DNA of 64,000 nt from Nitrosopumilus sp. GTDB taxonomy: Archaea; Thermoproteota; Nitrososphaeria; Nitrososphaerales; Nitrosopumilaceae. The stretch covers positions 1,632,001-1,696,000 of the forward strand of contig OY763927.2 in NCBI GenBank assembly GCA_963667665.2, in the 5' to 3' direction. The notes below the pieces were generated by a model, which was given only the letters and a program-made list of their open reading frames with translations, was not told where the DNA came from and did not search any database. Position numbers and translations under genes: made by a program. Positions 47,563 through 57,463 of this stretch are shown in pieces. Each line of letters begins with the position of its first letter. Within the stretch, counting starts at the first letter, position 1.

Positions 47563-48612
47563 TTAATCATTCAGTTTTTTCAATGTTTTTTCAATGTTCA
47601 TATTTAGCACAATTTCTGCTATATCACTAGCATATTCAGAAACTCTTCTAATATTTTCAGTCATTCTTCTAATCCTGTAGATTTCCTCCTCATCTTTTAG
47701 TGATTTTGAGGCGTCCCTTACTTTTTTCTCATATTTGGCAATTTCATTTGTTTTTTTAATGGTTTTTTCTGCTTGTGTGTAATCTTCTTTGAATAATGCC
47801 AAACATGAATCATCCAAAACTGATAAACAAAATTCATTCATATCTTGAAGTTTTTCTAAAATTTCTTTTTTGACTGGTTTTTTGAATTCAAGAAGATCTT
47901 TTGCAATAAATGCTGCATGATCCCCTGCTCTTTCAATATTTTTTACAACTAGTCTATATCCAAGACAATTTCTTGCATTTCTAAAACCCATCTCTTTTAA
48001 CATGTGCTCATTTTGAATTGCTATCTTTAATTGTCGAATAATATAAAATCCAAATCTATCTACTTCATCATCTGTATTGATTACTTCTTGTGCAAGATCT
48101 AAATTATTCTCCTTTACTGCTAATATTGCATCACTAGACATTGATCTAGCTAAGTGAATCATTCTCTTGAATGCTCCATCAACTGATAATTCCAACAAAT
48201 TTACAAGAACTTGTACTGTGATTCCTCCACTTGAATCAGAAATAATTTCAGAACCCATCAACATTCGCTTAACTGCTTCTTTTACAGTTTTTCTTTGATT
48301 GGGGCTTAATCTTCCATTTTTTGATTTAACGTTAATTGTTTTGAATCCTAAAAAATACAGAGAAATTAATTTTCTAACTATCGATGATGCTTCTTCTTCA
48401 ATGCCAATCTCTATTGTTGCATCTTCTTTTTTTTGGATACGGGATTCAAATTTTGGTGGATAAAGTTCTAATGTTGATGATCCTTTTCTTACTATTCTAA
48501 TTTGGTCTCCCTGTTTTAGACCTAAATCCATAACCCATTGTTTTGGTAATGAAACTATGTATGATGATTTTCCTGTGAATTGAAGTTTCCTTGTTTCTCC
48601 TCTGTCTTCCAT
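47563..48612 (-). CDS. AbrB-PhoU phosphate uptake regulator
   Basis: TRKLQFTGKSSYIVSLPKQW N-terminus; DDEVDRF and ERAGDHA PhoU repeats. Confidence 0.92.
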   Translation of the reverse strand: MEDRGETRKLQFTGKSSYIVSLPKQWVMDLGLKQGDQIRIVRKGSSTLELYPPKFESRIQKKEDATIEIGIEEEASSIVRKLISLYFLGFKTINVKSKNGRLSPNQRKTVKEAVKRMLMGSEIISDSSGGITVQVLVNLLELSVDGAFKRMIHLARSMSSDAILAVKENNLDLAQEVINTDDEVDRFGFYIIRQLKIAIQNEHMLKEMGFRNARNCLGYRLVVKNIERAGDHAAFIAKDLLEFKKPVKKEILEKLQDMNEFCLSVLDDSCLALFKEDYTQAEKTIKKTNEIAKYEKKVRDASKSLKDEEEIYRIRRMTENIRRVSEYASDIAEIVLNMNIEKTLKKLND

Positions 48613-48702
48613 AATCTAAAGGGAAAAAACCAGTCTATATAGTTTGAGACTTGTAATATAGTTAAACATTGAACTAATATTTAGAAAATATCGCCTATGT
48701 GT

Positions 48703-49176
48703 ATGGATCAAATCCTAAAGCTTCAGCATTCACTTGATGCATTATTTGGAAATGGTGTGTCCAAGCATTTACCAAAAGATGTTGAAATTACTTTTTCACG
48801 AAAGACTGGTAGAATGAGAACTGTTTCACATAAAGGAAATTTATTATGCACTTTGAGAATTGATGGTGGTTTAGCAATTAGTACTTATTTTGCTCAAATT
48901 TTACTGAAAAGTAAAGCATTCAAAGAAAACTGTCTTGAGATAAACAAAGATGCAGCTCCATTTGTTATGGAAGGACGTTCTGTATTTTGTAAACATGTGG
49001 TTTGGTGTGGAAAAAAAGTACGAATTTCTGCTGACACTCCTGTATTATTTGAAAATAAAGTCATTGCAGTTGGAAAGGCTGTTCTATCATGTGAGATGAT
49101 TTTAGATTTTGATAGGGGCGTAGCAATTAAGGTCAGAGATAGTTTAAAAAGTCGTAAAGGGGAAATAGAATCATGA
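48703..49176 (+). CDS. PUA-domain RNA-binding protein (archaeosine TGT C-terminal-like)
   Basis: SRKTGRMR, GRSVFCKHV, AVGKA, GVAIKVR. Confidence 0.85.
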   Translation: MDQILKLQHSLDALFGNGVSKHLPKDVEITFSRKTGRMRTVSHKGNLLCTLRIDGGLAISTYFAQILLKSKAFKENCLEINKDAAPFVMEGRSVFCKHVVWCGKKVRISADTPVLFENKVIAVGKAVLSCEMILDFDRGVAIKVRDSLKSRKGEIES

Positions 49177-49514
49177 TGCGAGGAGGAAATCGCGAAATGC
49201 GAAGGATGATGGATAAGATGGGTCTTGATATGAGCGAACTCCCAAACGTCCAAGAGGTAATAATCAAGACGGACAAAAAAGAGATTATTATTTCCAAACC
49301 ATCTGTTACTGAAATGAAAGCAAAAGATAGTTCTATTTTTACAGTAACTGCAGATAGTTATGAGGAAAGTGAATTAGAGGTTCCGATTTTTTCAGAAGAA
49401 GATATTCAGCTAGTTAGTCAGCAAGCTGGAGTTGATGAAGAAAAAGCTAAAACTGCTTTAGAGGAAGCTAAAGGCGATCTTGCAAGGGCAATATTACTTC
49501 TAACTTCAGGATAA
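49173..49514 (+). CDS. nac: Nascent polypeptide-associated complex protein
   Basis: MRRMMDKMGL, EDIQLVSQQAGV...GDLARAIL UBA domain. Confidence 0.93.
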   Translation: MMRGGNREMRRMMDKMGLDMSELPNVQEVIIKTDKKEIIISKPSVTEMKAKDSSIFTVTADSYEESELEVPIFSEEDIQLVSQQAGVDEEKAKTALEEAKGDLARAILLLTSG

Positions 49515-49596
49515 AGTCTAATTCTTCCATTTTTGTTCCTAAAAACTGGCTAAAAATGAATGATTTAAGTAATGGAATTGTTGAATTTTCGGTATA

Positions 49597-49932
49597 ATGA
49601 GCAATATGGCTGAATCCAAAGTTACTGGAATAATCAAATCTTTGAACTCATTAGAAGATGATCTTGATTCCCTAAATGGCAAAGTAACTGATATGAAAAA
49701 ACAATTAGCTGTGAAGGCTCAGACTGAAATTGATGTCTTGATAGAAAAAACTCAAGAAATGGCCACAAAAGAGGCTGAAGTAATCATTAATGCATCAAAA
49801 GAAAAGGCAACAGCAGAATCAGCCAAAATTATTCAAGCAGGTGAGGCTAAATTATCTGAAATCCAGTCAAATATTGATGCTAATTTTGATGAAGCAGTTA
49901 AACATGTAGTGTCAACTGTTTTGAAAGCATAA
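49597..49932 (+). CDS. Helical protein resembling ATPase peripheral-stalk subunit H/G
   Basis: EAEVIINASKEKA..ES..I pattern, NFDEAV..V C-terminus. Confidence 0.6.
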   Translation: MSNMAESKVTGIIKSLNSLEDDLDSLNGKVTDMKKQLAVKAQTEIDVLIEKTQEMATKEAEVIINASKEKATAESAKIIQAGEAKLSEIQSNIDANFDEAVKHVVSTVLKA

Positions 49933-49971
49933 ATCTAAATCACATATTTTATCCAGTACATTATCGATCCT

Positions 49972-50613
49972 TTGCTGAATACTCGTATTGGAATTGCAAC
50001 TACATACGGTAAACCATACTATAGATTTTCAACTTATCTTAAGATTCTCAAATTATCATATGATTCTATTCTTCCTGAAGAAATTTTAGATTATTCTGGG
50101 AACCTAATTTTTACTACCAAAAAAGAGTCTCCAAAAAACTGTGAAAAACTCTTACTTCACGAAGATATCTTTGAACATCATCCTACTGTAATTAGAGGTA
50201 TAATGATGCAAAGACTCAATCCAGATTTTGAAGAAGATCTAATTTTAGGAGTTGATCCAGGACAAAGAATTGGCTTATCGATATTTTACTATGGAAAAGA
50301 AATTGAGAGCTCATTATATTCTTCAGTTGAAGAATTAGTTTTTCACATTATTAAAATTCTAGGTGGTCTTAGAGCAAAACGAAAAATTGTAAAAATCGGA
50401 AATGGAAATATGAAAATTGCAAAACAAATTGTATCTGTACTTAATCTAAATTTTTGCTCATCTTTTGAATTAGAATTTGTTGATGAACAGAAAACTAGTC
50501 TAAAAATTAAAAATTTCAATCAAAGAGGAAAACGAGATATGCTTTCTGCAAAATTTATCTCACAACGAGAAGGATATAGACACTTTATTCTTCCTTTGTC
50601 AATGACAGGTTAA
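49972..50613 (+). CDS. Hypothetical protein with RNase H-like motif
   Basis: LGVDPG, KIGNG, FVDE..TS, RDMLSA. Confidence 0.7.
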   Translation: MLNTRIGIATTYGKPYYRFSTYLKILKLSYDSILPEEILDYSGNLIFTTKKESPKNCEKLLLHEDIFEHHPTVIRGIMMQRLNPDFEEDLILGVDPGQRIGLSIFYYGKEIESSLYSSVEELVFHIIKILGGLRAKRKIVKIGNGNMKIAKQIVSVLNLNFCSSFELEFVDEQKTSLKIKNFNQRGKRDMLSAKFISQREGYRHFILPLSMTG

Positions 50614-50965
50614 AAAAATTAGAAATTTTCTTTTAAAATTTTTGAAAATCATGCAAATTTACTGCTTTTTACTCTTATTTTGTTCCTACAATGATGAAAG
50701 TATGAGGATATACTGAATTTTTTATGTGTTTTTTAAAAAAACAATGAAATTATTAGTCAAACAACTATATTGCTATATGTTATTTTTTCAAAAAAACCGA
50801 TATTCAAAAAAACTATACATATTTATTGATGTTTTCTTCGTTTTTTTTGAAACTAATAACTTTGATCGTAAAATAACCTATAATATTTACAACTTTTTTT
50901 AATTATATTATAGATTTTATCGATCTATTCTTATATACCTGTGAATTCTATAATAAATTACCAAA

Positions 50966-51403
50966 ATGACTTGTAAAGGAATTTGTGTTAGATACAAGGC
51001 TCAAAAGCCTGTTGGAACCGGAAGATATGCCTCTGGACAACGTCGATGCCAAATTTGTGAAATTTTCATTAAATGGGAAGGTCTTTGGTGTCCATGTTGT
51101 GGATATAGATTAAGAACAAAACCACGTAATCTAAAATACAAAGCAAAATTACGTGCTAGAGTTGAAGCAGATTCTATTGAAGCTAAAGCAGCTGCAGATA
51201 GTAAATTAGTAGAGATTGAAGTAGCAGTTAAAGCAAAATCAAAATCTAAAGCTTCTAAATCAAAAGCAACAAAGAAGGAAAAAACTCCTTGCATACACTG
51301 TGAAAAATTATTTGTTTATGCAGATAAACACGAAAAAAATTGCAAGAAAAATCCAAATATCGAAACCTCCCAAGAAAGTGAATCAATAGCAATAAAAGCA
51401 TAA
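50966..51403 (+). CDS. Zinc-finger hypothetical protein
   Basis: CKGIC, CQIC, CPCCG and C-terminal CIHC..H..C. Confidence 0.75.
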   Translation: MTCKGICVRYKAQKPVGTGRYASGQRRCQICEIFIKWEGLWCPCCGYRLRTKPRNLKYKAKLRARVEADSIEAKAAADSKLVEIEVAVKAKSKSKASKSKATKKEKTPCIHCEKLFVYADKHEKNCKKNPNIETSQESESIAIKA

Positions 51404-51420
51404 GATTTGTTCATAGCTTA

Positions 51421-51762
51421 TTGAACTCTCCAAGTGGATTTTCCCATAAAGTGGTAAATTTGGAGAGCCGTACTTTTTTTTTACAAACTCAAAAATTTGA
51501 TAATGGATATTTTATTTCAGTTGCAGAAGGATCTAACAAAATAGGTTCTATGGTTGTTTCTTTAGCAACTGGACCTACACCAATTACCACAACCATCATT
51601 CCATCTAAACATGAATCTCTTTTTTTAAAACTTATTGCTGAACGAATAAGCACCAGGATGAGAGGTATTGCTTTAGTTTCTACATTTATTCCAAAAGATT
51701 TAGAATCTAATACTGCAAAAGCCTTAATGTCTGAGATAATGGAGATGGTAGAAAATGGTTGA
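51421..51762 (+). CDS. Hypothetical protein (proteasome assembly chaperone-like)
   Basis: FDNGYFISVAEG..IGSMVVS, LIAERIS. Confidence 0.6.
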   Translation: MNSPSGFSHKVVNLESRTFFLQTQKFDNGYFISVAEGSNKIGSMVVSLATGPTPITTTIIPSKHESLFLKLIAERISTRMRGIALVSTFIPKDLESNTAKALMSEIMEMVENG

Positions 51763-53086
51763 TTTAAGAAATTTTATTTCACAAATCAAAAAGAGTAAAG
51801 ATCTCAAAACTGTTAAAACCAAAGTTTCCACAAAATTTGAAATTGCTGAAATTACTGCAAAAGTTGACGGCTCACATGCAGTTTTATTTGAAAATATTAA
51901 AGAAAGTAATTTCAGTTTAGTTGCTAATTTAGTAGGAACTCGAAAAAGATTTGCTTTAGCAGTTGGAGGTTCAGAAAACAATATTCATGAAAAAGTCATT
52001 TCAGCGATTAAAAAAGCTAAAAAGCCAAAAATCATCCCTTCTGGAAAATTCATGGAAAACAAGTCAAAAAATCTCTTTTTCCTGCCTATTGTAACCCATT
52101 TTGCAAAAGAATCTGGTCCATTTATCACATCTTCTATTGCTTATGCTAAGAATCCTGAAACCGGAAAACAAAATTCTTCATTTCATAGATTAATGCCAAT
52201 TGATAAAACTCATTTTTCCATTAGAATGGTAGAAGGGCGTCATCTCCACAGATGTTTCATTGATGCAAAAGAACATGGTGAAGATCTGAAAATTGCAATT
52301 ACTGTAGGAGTTCATCCAGCAATTTCTATCGCTGGTGCATATCAAGCTGAATGGGGAAAAGACGAAATTGATATTGCAAATTCGCTTCTTGGAGGAAAAT
52401 TAACTTTGGCAAAACTTCCTTTTACAGGACTGAATGTGCCATCAGGTGCTGAAATTGTAATGGAAGGAAAAATTCTTCGTGATAAAACTCATCGTGAATG
52501 GATGGTTGAAATGCTTCAAACATATGATCATAAAAGATCTCAACCAGTTTTTGAACTTGAAAATCTCTATTATAGAAACAACCCAATTTTTCATGATGTT
52601 TTATCTGGTTATTCCGAACATAGATTACTAATGGGAATGCCAATTGAATCTAAATTAAATGGAGAATTAAAGAAAACTTTTCCCCAAACACAACAAGTCT
52701 CAATGACTAATGGCGGATGTAATTGGTTGCATGCTGTTGTGCAAATTAAAAAGAAGAATGAATCTGATCCTAAAAAAATAATTAAAAAAACATTTGATTC
52801 TCATCGCTCCCTAAAACAAGTAACTGTAGTTGATGAAGATATTGATCCTAATAGCGCTGAATCAGTAGAATATGCTATGGCAACAAGATTCCAAGCAGAT
52901 AAAGATCTAATTATTATAAAAAATGTTCGTGGTTCTAGTCTTGATCCTTCTAGTAATCAACAGAAATTACGAACTGCAAAAATGGGAATTGATGCAACAA
53001 AATCTTTTTCAAAACGAGCAGAAGGATTTGAATTAGCAAAAATTCCAAACATCGATAAAATCAAACTAGAGAAATATTTCAAATAA
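51755..53086 (+). CDS. UbiD-family prFMN-dependent decarboxylase
   Basis: NSSFHRL, EIVMEG, GGCNWLH, VVDEDID, GSSLDPS, KMGIDAT. Confidence 0.94.
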   Translation: MVDLRNFISQIKKSKDLKTVKTKVSTKFEIAEITAKVDGSHAVLFENIKESNFSLVANLVGTRKRFALAVGGSENNIHEKVISAIKKAKKPKIIPSGKFMENKSKNLFFLPIVTHFAKESGPFITSSIAYAKNPETGKQNSSFHRLMPIDKTHFSIRMVEGRHLHRCFIDAKEHGEDLKIAITVGVHPAISIAGAYQAEWGKDEIDIANSLLGGKLTLAKLPFTGLNVPSGAEIVMEGKILRDKTHREWMVEMLQTYDHKRSQPVFELENLYYRNNPIFHDVLSGYSEHRLLMGMPIESKLNGELKKTFPQTQQVSMTNGGCNWLHAVVQIKKKNESDPKKIIKKTFDSHRSLKQVTVVDEDIDPNSAESVEYAMATRFQADKDLIIIKNVRGSSLDPSSNQQKLRTAKMGIDATKSFSKRAEGFELAKIPNIDKIKLEKYFK

Positions 53087-53135
53087 CCGATTTTTCATGG
53101 ATCCATTTAAGAATAACATAAACTATCTCTTCTTA

Positions 53136-53549
53136 ATGTCTGAACAAGATAAATCAAAAGAGTGGGATTCACTATGGCAAGAATATACAAAGTCACTTGA
53201 AGGCTGGAAATCACTTTTTGAGCAAATTCAAAATGCAAGTAATGACATGCAAGCTAAATTCAATCAAGTTTGGGATAAGGCAACTGTTGAATCAAGTGCT
53301 GAAACCATGAAATTATTTGGAGAAAATTGGCAAAAAGTAATGACTGATGCAGGAATGAAATCCTTTAAAGAATTTGGAGAAAATTGGCAAAAAGCTCTCA
53401 ATGATTCTAATGCCGATGTTTTCAAACAATTTGCTGAAAATTGGCAAAAGACTCTAAGTTCATCTGGATTAGAACAAATGAACGCATATGGTGAAATGAT
53501 GAAAAAATTTGCTGAAACTTGGAATACTATGTGGCCTAGATCACAATAA
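53136..53549 (+). CDS. Trp-periodic amphipathic helical protein
   Basis: F(G/A)ENWQK x3 repeats. Confidence 0.75.
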   Translation: MSEQDKSKEWDSLWQEYTKSLEGWKSLFEQIQNASNDMQAKFNQVWDKATVESSAETMKLFGENWQKVMTDAGMKSFKEFGENWQKALNDSNADVFKQFAENWQKTLSSSGLEQMNAYGEMMKKFAETWNTMWPRSQ

Positions 53550-53587
53550 TTTTCGAAAGAATAAAATCTTAATTCCTTCAATATTTT

Positions 53588-54256
53588 TTGATGACAATCA
53601 CTCAGAATGAATGCTTTGTTGAATTATCTAGTTTTGAAGATTTAGCAAGATATGCTTGCTCATTTAGAGAATACCCACTAAGAGTATATTCTCAAGAATT
53701 TGATGGTTCAAGAATTGTTTCAAGTAGTTTAACTCTTGCAAATACCTTATTGATTTTTTATGCACAAATGCCAAAATCTGGTAGGTATGTTTTATACCAA
53801 GTTACTGCCGGAAAAGAGATTTGTAATATTGTAGAATCTACAAAAAATATCTCAAACTATGCACCTATTGTACATATGGAATCAAAAATTTCCTCACTAT
53901 CTATGAAATCTAAAAAAATCTCTGATCAATTTCATCCAATTCAAGTTAAAGATTTGGGAAGTTTAGCACGATTAACATATGATCCTGAGTTTCCAGATGA
54001 ATCAAATCTTACTCTATATGCATTACCTCACAAAAATTCTTGGGTACTGGGATACATTACATCATTAGATATGGATGAAGTAATCTATAATTTCAATTAT
54101 GTTGAATTAGATTCTGAACCTACCAAACATTTTGTAAAATATCAAGGAAATCAAGGACAAGATCCAGAATTTTCAAATAATTTTGATCATGGATATTCGT
54201 ATTTACCAATAATCAAAATTAAAAATAAACATTCTATTTTTGGATTTTCAGATTAA
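53588..54256 (+). CDS. Hypothetical protein with internal duplication
   Basis: VELSSFEDLARY and IQVKDLGSLARL halves. Confidence 0.7.
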   Translation: MMTITQNECFVELSSFEDLARYACSFREYPLRVYSQEFDGSRIVSSSLTLANTLLIFYAQMPKSGRYVLYQVTAGKEICNIVESTKNISNYAPIVHMESKISSLSMKSKKISDQFHPIQVKDLGSLARLTYDPEFPDESNLTLYALPHKNSWVLGYITSLDMDEVIYNFNYVELDSEPTKHFVKYQGNQGQDPEFSNNFDHGYSYLPIIKIKNKHSIFGFSD

Positions 54257-54265
54257 TTTGTAAAA

Positions 54266-54949
54266 TTATTTCCATGTCGTTAATTCTTTAATTTTCTTTC
54301 TTGATTCTTCAACAAATCGTCTCATAACTGGAATGTAAATTTCAGCTGCATATGCAATTTCAATATTTTTACATTCTTCAAAATCTAGAAATGTAGATGC
54401 AATTACTTGGTTTTCTCCTACTTTAGGCTCGTTATTTTTGTCTCTTTTATGATTTATTATTTCTAAAAATATTGGTAATTGTCTTTTGATTTCAATATCT
54501 AATTCTTCTTTTGAACGTAATTTTTCATGACTCAAATTCACTTTAATCTGCTGATAAATATCATCTTTGTATCTATCTGATGCTCTAATCATGATTTTAA
54601 TTTTAGGTAGTTTTTCAAATTTGTTTTTGAATTCACAAATTTTTTTTATGAAATTTGGATATGGATTTTCATGTTCCTGATTATATTGTTTTGAATACCA
54701 TTCAGAAAATTTTATTGCATTTTGATCATTTTTCATTACTGCTTTTTCATCAAAGTTTTTTTGTGAAATCTTGTCTGAAATAAATAATCCAAAATCTCTA
54801 TTTCCTTCTTCAAAAATTCCATTAAATGTATCATTTACAGAATTAATGTATTCATTAAAAAAATGATTTACATAGTAAGGCTCAGACTCGTATTGTTTAA
54901 TCTGTTTTAGATATATTTCACAATTTTTTATCGTTTTTTCTATATCTAT
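54266..54949 (-). CDS. Hypothetical protein; probable true start is ATA at 54949
   Basis: Frame open 71 codons upstream of the ATG at 54736; ATA overlaps the upstream TAA (TAATA, like TAATG coupling). Confidence 0.65.
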   Translation of the reverse strand: MDIEKTIKNCEIYLKQIKQYESEPYYVNHFFNEYINSVNDTFNGIFEEGNRDFGLFISDKISQKNFDEKAVMKNDQNAIKFSEWYSKQYNQEHENPYPNFIKKICEFKNKFEKLPKIKIMIRASDRYKDDIYQQIKVNLSHEKLRSKEELDIEIKRQLPIFLEIINHKRDKNNEPKVGENQVIASTFLDFEECKNIEIAYAAEIYIPVMRRFVEESRKKIKELTTWK

Positions 54950-55329
54950 TAGTCTTTGCCAGATTCCAAAGTAGCATATTTTGATTGTGCTTTCAAACTT
55001 GTTGCCAATTCTTTGAAAATTTCATTTACACTGACATCAACTAGATTGATGGTTGCATTTTCCTTTACAATTTGTTTTTCAAATTTCTCTTTAATTGCAA
55101 AAGATACTGATGACCAATGTAGAGTTCCTTTCAATTGTTCTTCAACTGTGATATTTGTAGTTGGAAAATTTGCTGGTGCAAATACAATTCCATTTGTCCA
55201 TTGCATTGTAGGAATTCCTCCACCTGAGGATCTTGTGCTAAATGCTATCTGTTTTACCCAATCATCAAACTTGTATTCAATTACTTCATGAATAATCAGT
55301 TTTTTCCATGGTTCTACTGAGATTTCCAT
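54949..55329 (-). CDS. Conserved archaeal hypothetical protein
   Basis: PWKKLIIHEVIEY, WTNGIVF, WSSVSFA. Confidence 0.75.
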   Translation of the reverse strand: MEISVEPWKKLIIHEVIEYKFDDWVKQIAFSTRSSGGGIPTMQWTNGIVFAPANFPTTNITVEEQLKGTLHWSSVSFAIKEKFEKQIVKENATINLVDVSVNEIFKELATSLKAQSKYATLESGKD

Positions 55330-55754
55330 TTAATCATATTACTCTTGAACCAATTATAATCTTGTTTTTTAGCTCTTACGTGCTTATTTATTAGAACATA
55401 ATCACCATTTTTTATAATGGATAAATGGGCTGACTATTTTATTTCTCAGGTTAGTTATGATTCTGATCATCTGATCTCTGTTGCCATACGTCATCAAGAT
55501 ACTGACAAAGGAATTACTATCGGAGAACCAGTAGATCGTTTGACCATACATTCTGATATCAGAAATGGATTATTTTACATTACAATTTACAGTGGAAAGG
55601 AGTCTTGGAAAAAGGGACATAAAATACAAACTTTCTCCATTGGAGGTAACCCATACATTCGTATTGATGAAAACAAAGTAAAATTAGATCATCTTGGAGA
55701 TTTACCTGAAGGACCAATGTAAAATCTGAATCTGTTAAAGAATTAGAATTTCAA

Positions 55755-55922
55755 CCAGAACCAACACCAGAACCACCTTCAAGTCCTAGAGGTTCATTAC
55801 CAAAAGGATTCACAAAAGAAATTCATCAAGAACCAGAACCAACACCAGAACCCCCTTCAAGTCCTAGAGGTTCATTACCAAAAGGATTCACAAAAGAAAT
55901 TCATCCAGAACCAACACCAGAA
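55755..55922. repeat. 78-bp tandem duplication (PEPTPEPPSSPRGSLPKGFTKEIH)
   Basis: Copies start at 55755 and 55833. Confidence 0.9.
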
Positions 55923-56123
55923 CCAGAAGAGGAAGAAGCTACTCCTCAACAAATTGCACAATTAGCTGATCTGCAGGAACAAATAGATGATTTAGAAGAT
56001 TTACTGTCTTCTCATATTTTATCTGAATCTGAACCAAAAGAAGAAGAAGCTACTCAACAAATTGCACAATTAGATATTCTACAAAAACAAATCAATGAAT
56101 TAGAAAAAGAAATTAAAAAATCT

Positions 56124-56281
56124 AAATCTACGCATATTAAACGTAAAATTACCAAACCAAAAAAGCAATCAAAGTCATCTACTAAAAAAATTACTTCAAA
56201 ATCTACGCATATTAAACGTAAAATTACCAAACCAAAAAAGCAATCAAAGTCATCTACTAAAAAAATTACTTCAAAATCTAC
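56124..56281. repeat. 75-bp perfect tandem duplication (KSTHIKRKITKPKKQSKSSTKKITS)
   Basis: Copies start at 56124 and 56199. Confidence 0.92.
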
Positions 56282-56465
56282 ATCTTCAAAAGTCTATTGT
56301 AGAAAGTGTAAAACAAAAAGAAAAATTAAAAATCCTAAACAAACTACTATGAAAAATGGCAAAGTTTGTGTTAAAGGATTTTGTTCTGTTTGTAAAGGTA
56401 AAGTTTTCCGAGTTGGAAAAATAAAAAAATGATAAAATTTTTTCTTGATTTATAATATTACAGAA

Positions 56466-56939
56466 TTACATCTGTCCTGATTGCCATGTCTGATTAAATT
56501 GTTTGATGGCTTGTTGATATGCCATAATTGAATCATCACCTGATGTCTTGAGAAATTTTTCCCATTGTTCATTGAATTTATTTATTGATTCAATGTTAGT
56601 TTCTTTGAAAATACTTTCAATCATCTTTGTTTGTTGTTTGATATATTCAGGACCAATTTCTTCCCATGTTTTCTCCCAACTAGAAGTTACTTTTTTCAAT
56701 AATTCTGAATCTGATTCTAGTGCTTTTTGACATGCATCATGATATGTCATTAGAGTTTCATTAGTGGCTTTTTGCCATTGTGCAAGAGATTCTTTCCAAC
56801 CATTTAGCGCAGTATTGTATTCTGTCCACGCTTTTTCAAACTCTGGTTTTTTTGTAGATGACTTTGTTTGTTTTTTTGGTTTAGAAGTTGTTTTTTTGAT
56901 TGATTTCTTTTTAGAGGCACGTTTTTTCTTGGTAGCCAT
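56466..56939 (-). CDS. Lys-rich N-terminus + Trp-periodic helical protein
   Basis: FEKAWTEYNTALNGWKE resembles WDSLWQEYTKSLEGWKS of 53136..53549. Confidence 0.75.
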   Translation of the reverse strand: MATKKKRASKKKSIKKTTSKPKKQTKSSTKKPEFEKAWTEYNTALNGWKESLAQWQKATNETLMTYHDACQKALESDSELLKKVTSSWEKTWEEIGPEYIKQQTKMIESIFKETNIESINKFNEQWEKFLKTSGDDSIMAYQQAIKQFNQTWQSGQM

Positions 56940-57259
56940 ACAATAGCTTGAAAATAGTAGATGTTAAATCTTTCAATTATTTCAAAGTTTGAAAAAATCT
57001 AATAAATTTTCATTAAAATCTTGTTGCTTTACTAAAATTTGGAATATGTTTTTTGTCCTTATTTTTGAATAATTTGTAGTGTTCTTTGCATAGATTTCTT
57101 GTTTCTCTAAAACTAATTTTTACTGTTTCTATTGCCTTTAGATTACATTCCGAGATACTACATTGCATTATGACAAATAATACATATTTGTTAATAAAAC
57201 TTTGAAATTATACTATTACCTTCTGTTAACTTTTTATCATTGCATTATGTCGAAAAATT

Positions 57260-57451
57260 ATGAATGATGATGAACAAGGAAAACAATTTTTAGAATTAAT
57301 TAATGAACAAAATAATATTCAATGGAACATTGTTGTAAAATTGTCATCTCTAATTAATTCAAAATGGAATTCAATTGAATTACAAAATGAGCTTATAACA
57401 TTAGTAGAAAAGCATTCAAAAATCACTAAAGAGATTAACAATCTAGATTAG
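57260..57451 (+). CDS. Small hypothetical protein
   Basis: 63-aa helical ORF. Confidence 0.55.
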   Translation: MNDDEQGKQFLELINEQNNIQWNIVVKLSSLINSKWNSIELQNELITLVEKHSKITKEINNLD

Positions 57452-57463
57452 AATAACAGAATT

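Larger units (their letters stand above)
55417..56432 (+). pseudogene. DUF3892-like + repeat linker + DUF5679-like Zn-ribbon protein, frameshifted at ~55717
   Basis: ORF stops at 55722, but a frame from 55719 stays open to TGA 56430..56432, ending YCRKCK...TMKNG...GFCSVCKGKVFR. Confidence 0.75.

Noticed and set aside
50614-50965. Long AT-rich intergenic region as replication origin or ncRNA
   Set aside because: No ORB-like G-string repeats, no cdc6 neighbour, no stable stem seen
56940-57259. AT-rich gap as possible gene remnant
   Set aside because: No convincing ORF, repeat or structure found by eye
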